Numbered from the stretch's first letter, positions 9,411 through 17,657 are shown. The stretch is 32,000 nt of DNA from Halomicronema hongdechloris C2206 (GCF_002075285.3 NZ_CP021983.2:3930001-3962000); one strand, 5' to 3'. Notes: generated from the sequence alone by a model not told the origin. Made by a program: numbers and translations.

Positions 9411-11210
9411 ATGCGTGATTTTCTCAAATACGCCACCGCCAGTGCTGTTGGTACAGTCGTTGGCCTGGTTGCCCTCATAGCCGTGCTGGGACTGAGCCTG
9501 GGGAGCTTCTTTGCCTTTCTGCTGGTGACGGCCTCTCGCGATAGCGCCCCCCAAGTCGAAGATGGCTCCATATTGGTCTTCGATCTGGCTACAGATATCA
9601 CCGATAGTGTGCCCCTCTCTAGGACCAGTGCGGTGATAGGAGAGACCTTGGCCGGAGAGATGCCCTCCCTTTCCACCTATAGGGCGTTAGCTGCCCTAGA
9701 ACAGGCTGCCGAGGATGATCGCATTGCCGGCCTCTATCTACGCGGCAACAGCACCGAGGGACTCGCTACCCTAGGGGAGCTCAGGCAGGCGCTGCAAACC
9801 TTTCGAGACAGTGGTAAGCCCATCATCGCCTATACCATGGGCTGGTCAGAACGAGATTATTACCTCACCGCCAACGCCGATACCCTGTGGCTCAATCCAG
9901 CCGGACTCATAGAATTCAATGGATTTCGGGCCGAGACTCAGTTTGTGGCCGGTGCCCTAGACAAATACGGTATTGGGGTGCAGGCCTTGCAGGCAGGACG
10001 CTATAAATCTGCCATCGAACCCTTTGTGCAAACCCAGAGTAGCCCGGAGGCACGGCAGCAAACAGAGGCACTATTAGCCGATCTCTGGCAGGAGTTTCTG
10101 GAGGCGGTTAGTCAGAGTCGGGAAGTGCCTGTGCCCCGCCTGCAGCAACTGGCCAATGCGGGTGGGCTATTGGTGGCCGAGGAAGCTAAGGCCGCTGGCT
10201 TAGTTGATCAGGTGGCCTATTACGATGACGTGCTGGCAGAGTTGCGACAGCTCACAGACACCGAGGCCAGCGACGATGAGGAGTTTCCTCAGATCGACCT
10301 ATGGCGTTACAGTCGTGTCGCCACGGATGACACCGAGCCCTTGCAACCGGACCAAATTGCAGTCCTCTACGCCCAGGGGGATATCGTCAGCGGCGAAGGG
10401 GACGTGGGCTTCATCGGCTCCGAGAGTTTCAGCCGTACCCTACGACAACTGGGGCAAGACGATGCCATCCAGGCGGTGGTGCTCCGTATTAACAGTCCGG
10501 GGGGAGGGGCCAGCGCCTCGGAGGTGATTGCTCGGGAAGTCAATCGCCTGCGTCAAAACAAGCCAGTGATTGTGTCGATGGGGGATGTTGCCGCCTCCGG
10601 TGGTTATATGATGGCGGCCGAGGCCGATCAGATCTTTGCCTCTCCCAACACCATTACTGGCTCCATCGGTGTATTTGGGCTGGTGCTCAATTTACAGGAG
10701 ATTGCCAATAATAATGGCATCACCTGGGAAATCATTAAGACTGCTAGGTTCGCCGATATTGATACCTGGGCTCGTCCCCAGACTGACCAAGAACTGGCGC
10801 TCCAACAAGCCATCGTCAACACCCTATACGAGCGCTTTGTCACCCGAGTAGCCGAGGCCCGGGAACTCTCTGAGGAGGCGGTCAATCGGGCAGCCCAGGG
10901 ACGGGTGTGGTCTGGTCAAGATGCCCAAGCGGCTCAGTTAGTGGATGAGCAGGGAGGGTTGATGGCGGCTATCGAGGCCGCGGCTACCGCTGCCAATCTC
11001 GAGAGCTGGCAGGTGGTGGAATATCCTCGGCCCCGCAGCTTGGAAGAAGAAATTTTAGAGACTTTATTTGGCGGACAGCTGGAGTTTAGATCTCAAGATC
11101 CGCTGACCCAAGAAGTTCGTGGTCTTTATCAGCAATTGCAAACGCTCCAGCACCTGAATGATCCCCATGGGGTTTACACGCGGTTGCCGTTCACAACTGA
11201 GATCGAATAA
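9411..11210 (+). CDS. sppA: signal peptide peptidase SppA, 67K type (two S49 domains)
   Basis: 599 aa. N-terminal TM anchor, duplicated ClpP/crotonase-like S49 halves, and the Ser-nucleophile block SMGDVAASGGYMMA. Confidence 0.85.
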   Translation: MRDFLKYATASAVGTVVGLVALIAVLGLSLGSFFAFLLVTASRDSAPQVEDGSILVFDLATDITDSVPLSRTSAVIGETLAGEMPSLSTYRALAALEQAAEDDRIAGLYLRGNSTEGLATLGELRQALQTFRDSGKPIIAYTMGWSERDYYLTANADTLWLNPAGLIEFNGFRAETQFVAGALDKYGIGVQALQAGRYKSAIEPFVQTQSSPEARQQTEALLADLWQEFLEAVSQSREVPVPRLQQLANAGGLLVAEEAKAAGLVDQVAYYDDVLAELRQLTDTEASDDEEFPQIDLWRYSRVATDDTEPLQPDQIAVLYAQGDIVSGEGDVGFIGSESFSRTLRQLGQDDAIQAVVLRINSPGGGASASEVIAREVNRLRQNKPVIVSMGDVAASGGYMMAAEADQIFASPNTITGSIGVFGLVLNLQEIANNNGITWEIIKTARFADIDTWARPQTDQELALQQAIVNTLYERFVTRVAEARELSEEAVNRAAQGRVWSGQDAQAAQLVDEQGGLMAAIEAAATAANLESWQVVEYPRPRSLEEEILETLFGGQLEFRSQDPLTQEVRGLYQQLQTLQHLNDPHGVYTRLPFTTEIE

Positions 11211-11211
11211 G

Positions 11212-11243
11212 AAAATCTAAAGCACCCCCCGTAGGAGGTGCTT
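11212..11243 (-). terminator. intrinsic terminator downstream of psbA
   Basis: On the minus strand: AAGCACCUCC-UAC-GGGGGGUGCUU (10-bp stem including one G-U) followed by UAGAUUUUC. It begins about 38 nt after the psbA stop and also lies just after the sppA stop on the plus strand. Confidence 0.7.
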
Positions 11244-11258
11244 CGCATCAATCACTGA

Positions 11259-11284
11259 CTAGATGAACTAGCTAGATGAACTAG
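11259..11284. repeat. perfect 13-bp tandem duplication (CTAGATGAACTAG x2) spanning the psbA stop codon
   Basis: Read directly: units at 11259-11271 and 11272-11284. The psbA stop (minus-strand TAG) is 11281-11283. Confidence 0.95.
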
Positions 11285-12342
11285 CCCACGATGTCAGGAG
11301 CCTCGCTGGAAGCCAAGTCGAGGGGGAAGTTGTGAGCGTTGCGCTCATGCATCACTTCCATACCCAGGTTGGCCCGGTTGATGACATCGGCCCAGGTGCC
11401 AATCACCCGACCCTGGCTATCCATCACCGACTGGTTGAAGTTGAACCCGTTCAGGTTGAAGGCCATGGTGCTGATGCCCAGCGCCGTGAACCAGATGCCA
11501 ATTACCGGCCATGCTCCCAAGAAGAAGTGCAGAGAGCGGCTGTTGTTGAAGCTGGCGTATTGAAAGATGAGACGACCGAAGTAGCCGTGAGCGGCCACGA
11601 TGTTGTAGGTCTCTTCTTCTTGGCCGAACTTGTAGCCGTAGTTCTGAGACTCGGTCTCGGTGGTCTCCCGCACCAGGCTGGAGGTCACCAACGAGCCGTG
11701 CATGGCAGAGAACAAGCTGCCGCCGAAGACACCGGCCACACCCAACATGTGGAAGGGATGCATCAAGATATTGTGCTCCGCCTGGAACACGAACATGAAG
11801 TTGAAGGTACCACTGATACCCAACGGCATGCCATCGGAGAAGGAACCCTGACCCAAGGGATAGATCAAGAACACCGCAGAAGCCGCTGCCACAGGGGCGC
11901 TGTAGGCCACGCAGATCCAAGGGCGCATGCCCAGACGGTAGCTCAGTTCCCACTCACGCCCCATATAGCAGAAGACGCCAATGAGGAAGTGGAAGACGAT
12001 GAACTGGTAGGGGCCACCGTTGTAGAGCCACTCATCAATGGAAGCAGCTTCCCAGATGGGATAGAAGTGCAGACCGATGGCATTGGATGATGGCACCACC
12101 GCACCAGAGATGATGTTGTTGCCGTACATCAGGGAGCCGGCCACGGGCTCGCGGATACCGTCGATATCAACGGGAGGCGCTGCCACGAAGGCAATCACGA
12201 AGCAGGTGGTGGCAGCCAGCAGGGTAGGGAGCATGAGCACGCCGAACCAGCCAATATACAGGCGGTTGTCGGTGCTGGTCACCCACTGGCAGAACTGCTC
12301 CCACAGGTTGGCGCTGTCGCGCCGCTGCAGAGTCGCTGTCAT
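11281..12342 (-). CDS. psbA: photosystem II reaction-centre protein D1
   Basis: 353 aa, collinear with canonical D1 ([34 protein letters not shown]...). D170, E189, H190, H198, H215 and H272 fall at standard numbering. It ends [13 protein letters not shown]|SSEAPDIVG. Confidence 0.98.
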   Translation of the reverse strand: MTATLQRRDSANLWEQFCQWVTSTDNRLYIGWFGVLMLPTLLAATTCFVIAFVAAPPVDIDGIREPVAGSLMYGNNIISGAVVPSSNAIGLHFYPIWEAASIDEWLYNGGPYQFIVFHFLIGVFCYMGREWELSYRLGMRPWICVAYSAPVAAASAVFLIYPLGQGSFSDGMPLGISGTFNFMFVFQAEHNILMHPFHMLGVAGVFGGSLFSAMHGSLVTSSLVRETTETESQNYGYKFGQEEETYNIVAAHGYFGRLIFQYASFNNSRSLHFFLGAWPVIGIWFTALGISTMAFNLNGFNFNQSVMDSQGRVIGTWADVINRANLGMEVMHERNAHNFPLDLASSEAPDIVG

Positions 12343-12413
12343 ATGGATAAGTCCTCGTATGTATTTACGAATGCTTGGTTACAACGGACACATGAACGCG
12401 TCCGCATGACTTA

Positions 12414-12442
12414 ATGTTAAGGGTTTAATGGAGTTTTGTAAA
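12414..12442 (-). promoter_or_regulatory. psbA sigma70-type promoter (-35 TTTACA, 17-bp spacer, -10 TAACAT)
   Basis: The minus strand reads CTTTACAAAACTCCATTAAACCCTTAACATTAAGTC. As far as I recall, this closely resembles the Synechocystis psbA2 promoter. It is followed by a 5'UTR hairpin (12385-12404) and an AAAUACAUA AU-box just before the SD. Confidence 0.6.
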
Positions 12443-12805
12443 GCGATGATCACCATTTCCCTAGCCAGTTGAGAGCATAGCTTCCTGAACGAGAGTCAAG
12501 TGGATCCCTGAAAGCCTTTTCAGGCTAGGGTTTGCCGATCAGCAGAAGTCGACTGCTTTATCTTACCCTCAAAGCAAAATAGGCTTTGGTTTTTCATTTT
12601 CGCGGGAAAGATTCATGTTGGTTAACCTTTTCCCGGGAAAATGATTGCTAGTGTTAACTGTTTGAAACAATTTATCTGCCTCTATGTCCTTGCGAAGCAG
12701 TGGTCTAACGCAGATAGGCATCAACACCGTAGTGATCGCTAAGCTCTGTAAAGCCACCTCGCTGGCAGGACCATTTGGTTAAGACAAGCGCCTGATCAAG
12801 CCTGC

Positions 12806-13009
12806 CTAGCTAGCCTGGTTTAGTACACTGATGCCATGGTCGTAGTGCTCACAGTGGCAATAGTGCGACGCTGCGCCTTTGCCGTTGTCGCAGTACTGAC
12901 TGCCGAGGCAGTGGCCTCTAACGCCTAGCAACCTCCCTCGGCCAGGAGGCTGGCGATAACTCAAGCTCAGAAAGGGGGATCGAAAGTGGTGAGCGATGAC
13001 CCAAGCCAT
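12806..13009 (-). CDS. candidate small Cys/His-rich protein (speculative)
   Basis: ATG 13009 with AGGA 5-8 nt upstream (the longest ORF starts at GTG 13063). The C-terminal part HCLGSQYCDNGKGAASHYCHCEHYDHG has 4 Cys and 5 His, and its third codon positions are strongly G/C (27 of 36), as in genuine genes here. No family recognised. Confidence 0.3.
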   Translation of the reverse strand: MAWVIAHHFRSPFLSLSYRQPPGRGRLLGVRGHCLGSQYCDNGKGAASHYCHCEHYDHGISVLNQAS

Positions 13010-13096
13010 GGATTCCTGGACGGTGCAGCCTGAGGCCCTATGCTTGAGGTCTAGGCCCACCAAACACTATTGCTTAGATGAGCCATCAGGGGGCCA

Positions 13097-14344
13097 ATGA
13101 TGTCACGCCGCCGATATTGGTACGTCTGGAGCTTGGTATTGCTAGCCAGCTGCAGCCTGGCAGTCAGTCATGCCATCTCAGAGCCATCCTTGAGTGACAG
13201 GCTTGGTTCAGACTCAGATGGCAGTGACGCCGCCCTGGCGACAGCGGCAACACAGTTTCTGGTGGTAGCGGGGGGAGGCGCCCCTGCCTATAACGAAATT
13301 GCCTTAGAGAAAAATGTACACTACTTTCAGCGCACTCTACGGGCGTTGGGATGGGCACCGGATCAAGCCAGTATTTTCTTTGCCAATGGGCTCACAGGAG
13401 CAGCGACGGTTCGATATGTTGACTTTTGGGGCCGAGAGCGCTTTAAAGTGCCCCAAATTCCCCATCTGCGAGGGGCAGCTACCCGCAGCCATCTGATGCA
13501 GTGGTTGACAGCGGCTGGCAACGAGTCGTCTGCTGACGATTGCCCTATCTTTTTCTATTTCACCGGCCATGGCGCTCTCAACGAGGCTAATCCTGACAAC
13601 AATGCCTTGATTCTCTGGCACGAACAACTGGTGTCGGTGCAACAGTTGGCTAATCAGTTAGATCAGCTTCCTCCAGAGCAGCCATTTGTGACCATGATGG
13701 CCCAATGCTACTCAGGCTCCTTTGCCAATCTGATCTATGAAAATGGCGATCCGACCCAACCAGTGTCGCCCCAGAGCCGTTGTGGTTTCTTTGCGACGGT
13801 GAGTACTCGGCCATCGGTGGGGTGTACGCCTGAGGTCAACGAAGCTGATTATGAAGACTACAGCTCTAGTTTTTTCGCTGGCCTCAGTGGTCGCGATCGC
13901 ATCGGCAAGTCGGTCGCCTCTGCCGACTACAATGACGACGGCCGGGTGTCCTTCGCCGAAGCCCATGCCTTTTCTAAGATCGACGCAGAAACGACTGACT
14001 GGCCTATCTCTACCGTAGAGGCCTGGTTGCAGCGGCAAGCCACCGCTGCCGATCGACGAGAAATTTTCGATCTGCCCTTACGGGATTTGTTAGCCGTAGC
14101 ACCACCGGCACGGCGTGTGGTCTTAAGGAGGTTGGCTGAGAAATTAGGCCTGTCCCTCCAGCAGTCTTACCGGGTCAACCGTTCCCAGATGTCGAACCAT
14201 GACCTGAATCAGGCCTATCACCACAGACTGCGGATGGAGGTACTGACCATCGGCATGGAGCAGCGCCTGCGGACTCGCGGGGACGCCGAAGCGATGGCCG
14301 TGTTAGAGCAATTACTGGCCTGCGAGGCCAGCAGTTGGCGATAA
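13097..14344 (+). CDS. exported clan-CD cysteine peptidase, C13 (legumain/GPI8)-like, with EF-hand-like loop
   Basis: Signal peptide with possible lipobox (VLLASC). FLVVAGGGAPAYNEIALEKNVHYF block. His in FYFTGHG and Cys in MMAQCYSGSF arranged as in legumain. DYNDDGRVSFAE loop. About 130 aa of uncharacterised helical tail. Confidence 0.65.
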   Translation: MMSRRRYWYVWSLVLLASCSLAVSHAISEPSLSDRLGSDSDGSDAALATAATQFLVVAGGGAPAYNEIALEKNVHYFQRTLRALGWAPDQASIFFANGLTGAATVRYVDFWGRERFKVPQIPHLRGAATRSHLMQWLTAAGNESSADDCPIFFYFTGHGALNEANPDNNALILWHEQLVSVQQLANQLDQLPPEQPFVTMMAQCYSGSFANLIYENGDPTQPVSPQSRCGFFATVSTRPSVGCTPEVNEADYEDYSSSFFAGLSGRDRIGKSVASADYNDDGRVSFAEAHAFSKIDAETTDWPISTVEAWLQRQATAADRREIFDLPLRDLLAVAPPARRVVLRRLAEKLGLSLQQSYRVNRSQMSNHDLNQAYHHRLRMEVLTIGMEQRLRTRGDAEAMAVLEQLLACEASSWR

Positions 14345-14362
14345 GAGGAACTCAGACCAGGA

Positions 14363-14752
14363 CTACAGGCTTTCTAGGTACTTCAATAAGTCGGCCATGT
14401 CCTGAGGGCTAGGTTGAAACTGAGGCATCGGTGGTGTGTCACCGCTGATGACTTGCTTGATCAGACTCACTTTGGAGCGATGATCAGATACGCCCCGTAA
14501 ATCGGGGCCGACTTCACCAGTGGCCTCGATGCCATGGCATACCGCACAATTCATTTGGAAGATAGCTTGTCCCCGTTGCTGATCTCCCTGACGTTCTAAG
14601 ACTTCCTGAATATAGGGATCGGCAGCCTGGACGTAGCGTATTCCAGCAACCGCCAAAACAATGGCTAGCACCACTGCTAACAACGTTAATATTGTCCGCC
14701 GCACTAGTGGGACCAAATCTGTCAGTTCTTCGTTCAACGTCTCTTGGGTCAA
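14363..14752 (-). CDS. membrane-anchored class I c-type cytochrome (CytM-like)
   Basis: N-terminal TM ILTLLAVVLAIVLAVAGI, haem-binding CAVCHG, and a probable Met ligand in TPPMPQF. TTG start from the ORF track. Confidence 0.7.
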   Translation of the reverse strand: MTQETLNEELTDLVPLVRRTILTLLAVVLAIVLAVAGIRYVQAADPYIQEVLERQGDQQRGQAIFQMNCAVCHGIEATGEVGPDLRGVSDHRSKVSLIKQVISGDTPPMPQFQPSPQDMADLLKYLESL

Positions 14753-15082
14753 GGCAGTAGCAGCTAGTTACGTTTCGTCATGATTACACACCTTAAAGTT
14801 TCCTCATCTGCTCCGGCAAGATCATTTAAGATTCTATCGATATTCAGCAGGGCAAAATATCCTGAATCGCCTGCTGGTGGGGGAAATTGTGGTAATCTGG
14901 CTGCTTGAATTCTCGTTACAAATCAATACGTTAGTGCGTCATTTACCGTTACTATAAGAGAAGTGAGGGCTGACACAGTGCGCAGTGCGACGATACTGAG
15001 TCGATACTCTAAGTCGATACTGTGTCAACGATGTTGAATAGACACCTCACCATTGCACGTTTAATCGTCAAGGAGAGCTAGC

Positions 15083-15196
15083 GTGGTTGAACCCTTGCTG
15101 TCTGGTATTGTTTTGGGGCTCATTCCAGTGACTCTGGCTGGTCTATTCGTAGCAGCCTATTTGCAATATCGTCGGGGTGATCAGCTAGGGCTGTAA
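15083..15196 (+). CDS. petG: cytochrome b6f complex subunit 5 (PetG)
   Basis: Not in the ORF track (37 codons). GTG 15083 with AAGGAG 6-12 nt upstream. It translates to [37 protein letters not shown], nearly identical to known PetG. Confidence 0.9.
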   Translation: MVEPLLSGIVLGLIPVTLAGLFVAAYLQYRRGDQLGL

Positions 15197-15347
15197 ATAT
15201 TGCCATCCCTAGTCGGCAACGGCGCCTGTCTACGTAGGGTTGCTACGTAAGACGCTGCTGGCGCTGGAGAGTTAGGGACTGAAGCCCCCCTATTCCTATA
15301 CTTCCTATCCCTATACCCCTATACTTTGTGTACTAGCAGGTCCCTGG

Positions 15348-16619
15348 CTATTGGAGCGTTTTCAGGGCCAGTAGGGCAGCTCCGTAGGCGGCCTCGGTCT
15401 GGGCAGCTGCTGAGACAGGGCAGCCCATTATCCGTTGCCGAATGGCTGTCCAGGCTTGATTTCGAGCCCCGCCACCCGCAGTATACACCCGCTGCAGGGG
15501 GGAGGCCCCCAAGGTCTGCAGCCGCTCGTAGCCAAGGGCTTCAATGCGGGCTAGGCTTTCTAGGAGGCCGTGGAGAAAGTCCACGTCACGCTCAGGGCGT
15601 GGGGTCAGCCGCGGGGAGAGAGCCGGGTCATTGATGGGAAATCGCTCCCCCGGTTGCATGAGGGGATAATAATCTAAAGAGCTGGGAATGTCAGGACGAA
15701 TCCGTTGACTGAGGTGATGCAGTTGCTCGTCGCTGAAAAAGTGCCGTAGCGCGGCTCCCCCGGCATTGGAGGCCCCTCCCACCAGCCATTGGTCACCCAG
15801 GCGATGACTGTAGATGCCAAAGGGACTGTCATCTACCCGTTGCTGGCTAAGTAGCTTGAGGACCAAGGTAGACCCCAGGGAGGTCACCGCTTCCCCAGGG
15901 GTATAGGCACCACTGGCTAAAAAGGCGGCAATGCTATCGGTGGTTCCTGCGCAGACTTGGCAGTCCCGTGGCAAGCCAAATTGCCGGGCCATAGTTGGGG
16001 TAATGAGTGAGATCGCATCGCCGGGGGCAATTACCTGGGGTAATAGAGCATCGAGCCCCAAGCTCACCATCCAGGCAGGATACCGTAAGGCTCCCACGTC
16101 ATAGCCCAGCTTCAGGGCATTGTGATAGTCACTAATGCCCAGGTGCCCATGCAACTGAGCCCCAATCCAGTCCGCTTGATGCAGGAAATACTGCCCTTGT
16201 TGCCATATTTCGGCAGGCAGGTGCTGCCGCCACCAGAGTAGTTTAGCCAGACTCGAGGTCGCACTTAAAACCGGACTACCTGCTGGGGCCAAGGCTGTCA
16301 GGGCCTTCGCCTCAGCTTGGGCTCGACCATCGTTGTAGAACAACGGGGCAGTCAACGGCATGCCAGCCCCATCGCAGAGCATTACTGTCCCCGAGGTGCC
16401 AGCCACTGCGATCGCACCAATCTGCGGCCGCAGCTCCCTCGGCACTGCCACCAACACCGCCCTCAGCCCTGTCTGCCAGAGCCGAGGCCAATCCGGAGGT
16501 GCAGCCGCCTCTCCTTGGGAATACTCATGGCAACACTGAACTCGTAGCCTGCGGTCAGTCGCCACCACCACTGCCCGCAGGCCAGACGTGCCTACATCAA
16601 TCCCCAGGGCCAACGCCAC
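15348..16619 (-). CDS. FGGY-family carbohydrate kinase (xylulokinase/ribulokinase-like)
   Basis: N-terminal LGIDVGTSGLRAVV actin-fold phosphate-1 motif, GTTDSIAAFLASG, and a C-terminal VYTAGGGARNQAW block. Confidence 0.8.
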   Translation of the reverse strand: MALALGIDVGTSGLRAVVVATDRRLRVQCCHEYSQGEAAAPPDWPRLWQTGLRAVLVAVPRELRPQIGAIAVAGTSGTVMLCDGAGMPLTAPLFYNDGRAQAEAKALTALAPAGSPVLSATSSLAKLLWWRQHLPAEIWQQGQYFLHQADWIGAQLHGHLGISDYHNALKLGYDVGALRYPAWMVSLGLDALLPQVIAPGDAISLITPTMARQFGLPRDCQVCAGTTDSIAAFLASGAYTPGEAVTSLGSTLVLKLLSQQRVDDSPFGIYSHRLGDQWLVGGASNAGGAALRHFFSDEQLHHLSQRIRPDIPSSLDYYPLMQPGERFPINDPALSPRLTPRPERDVDFLHGLLESLARIEALGYERLQTLGASPLQRVYTAGGGARNQAWTAIRQRIMGCPVSAAAQTEAAYGAALLALKTLQ

Positions 16620-16652
16620 GGAGCCGCCATAGGAGGATCAACTAGCTGCAGC

Positions 16653-17162
16653 CTAAACGTTGACCTCGCTTAGCTCACGAGCCATATAGTCGAAGGGCAT
16701 CTCCACGAAACTGGCATCTTCAACGCCAGCCGCTTCTACTTTTTCCTTCACGATCTGCTTCATAATCTGAATGCCGACAATGGTAGGCCCAATGGGCACC
16801 CCCAGGGAGTTATAGGTTTCCCGCAGGCCTGTCAACACTCGCTCATCGAGAACATCGGCATTCCCTGCCACCAAGGCATAGCTGCCATAGCGCAGGTAGT
16901 AGTCCATATCTCGCAAACAGGCAGCGTAGCGCCGAGTAGTATAGGCATTGCCGCCAGCTCGAATCAGCTCTGGAATCTGTTCAAACAATTTTGAGGCTGC
17001 TTCCTTGACGATGCCAGCGGCATTACCACTGATTACTGCAGTCGCCTTCACACGCGCCAGCCCACTATCGAAGTACCCTTTGAGGGAGTCTAGGGCGGAG
17101 CGATCGAGGTAGCGCCCCGTATCGTCATATGTCTTAATCAGCGTTGTCACGGCATCCCGCAT
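16653..17162 (-). CDS. apcF: allophycocyanin beta-18 subunit ApcF
   Basis: MRDAVTTLIKTYDDTGRYLDRSALDSLKGYF..., GGNAYTTRRYAACLRDMDYYLRYGSYALVAGN (chromophore Cys), LDERVLTGLRETYNSLGVPIGPT. The start was moved to ATG 17162, giving 169 aa. Confidence 0.88.
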   Translation of the reverse strand: MRDAVTTLIKTYDDTGRYLDRSALDSLKGYFDSGLARVKATAVISGNAAGIVKEAASKLFEQIPELIRAGGNAYTTRRYAACLRDMDYYLRYGSYALVAGNADVLDERVLTGLRETYNSLGVPIGPTIVGIQIMKQIVKEKVEAAGVEDASFVEMPFDYMARELSEVNV

Positions 17163-17372
17163 AACCGGTTTTCTCCCAACTCGCAATCAAACAGCAAACC
17201 GACTTTAATATGGTGATCACGTTACTATCACGATGGCCTCGGCCCCGGCAGATTGACCATTGCGAATGCTTCAGGGTAGATATCTGAGCCGGAACGAGCA
17301 CACATCATAGATTCCCCAAATTCACTGTCTTACCGGCAAGCCAGCAAGCCCATGGAGAGCAGCTAACCAGCA

Positions 17373-17404
17373 GAAGCAAAGGGGCTACGAAGCAAAGGGG
17401 CTAC
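17373..17404. repeat. perfect 16-bp tandem duplication (GAAGCAAAGGGGCTAC x2)
   Basis: Read directly in the apcF-glnA spacer. Confidence 0.95.
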
Positions 17405-17657
17405 ATTGATGTAACAGCTTAATTTCTCAGGAGCCAGTCTACCACGGTCCCTGAAACCAACTGGCAAGACCTGAGAAAGATGAAGAGGCCGGGCTCGGAA
17501 TTGTTACAAATGGCAATCTTTCGCAATGTTTTTGCCGTTAACCTAAGCCGCAGGCTGCCACTGCGGTCTGTTAACCCTCGATTTCTCAACCCCGGCTCAA
17601 TCACTACAGTTGGACCGGCGCCTGAAGAATATTCCATCTAAAAAAGTATTAAAGTAC

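Noticed and set aside
8453-9554. Several 65-131-aa alternative-frame ORFs within and just after fni, and at the sppA start (9303-9676)
   Set aside because: All overlap well-supported genes in other frames and have Arg/Pro/Ser/Gly-rich shadow-frame composition.
11332-12090. 252-aa plus-strand ORF, with 74-, 63- and 178-aa companions, inside psbA
   Set aside because: It is antisense or out of frame relative to an unambiguous D1 gene. The translation is His/Gly/Val/Ala-rich low complexity, typical of shadow frames of a high-GC3 gene.
12836-12928. 30-codon hydrophobic plus-strand ORF (MVVVLTVAIVRRCAFAVVAVLTAEAVASNA)
   Set aside because: It is the exact antisense of the Cys/His-rich segment (TGC/CAC read as GCA/GTG). 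It has lower GC3 than the minus frame and no SD, so it is most likely a mirror artefact.
17419-17637. 72-aa minus-strand ORF in the apcF-glnA spacer
   Set aside because: It has no SD and an Arg/Leu/Ser-rich composition with rare codons. It would be transcribed towards apcF without its own signals, so it is probably spurious.
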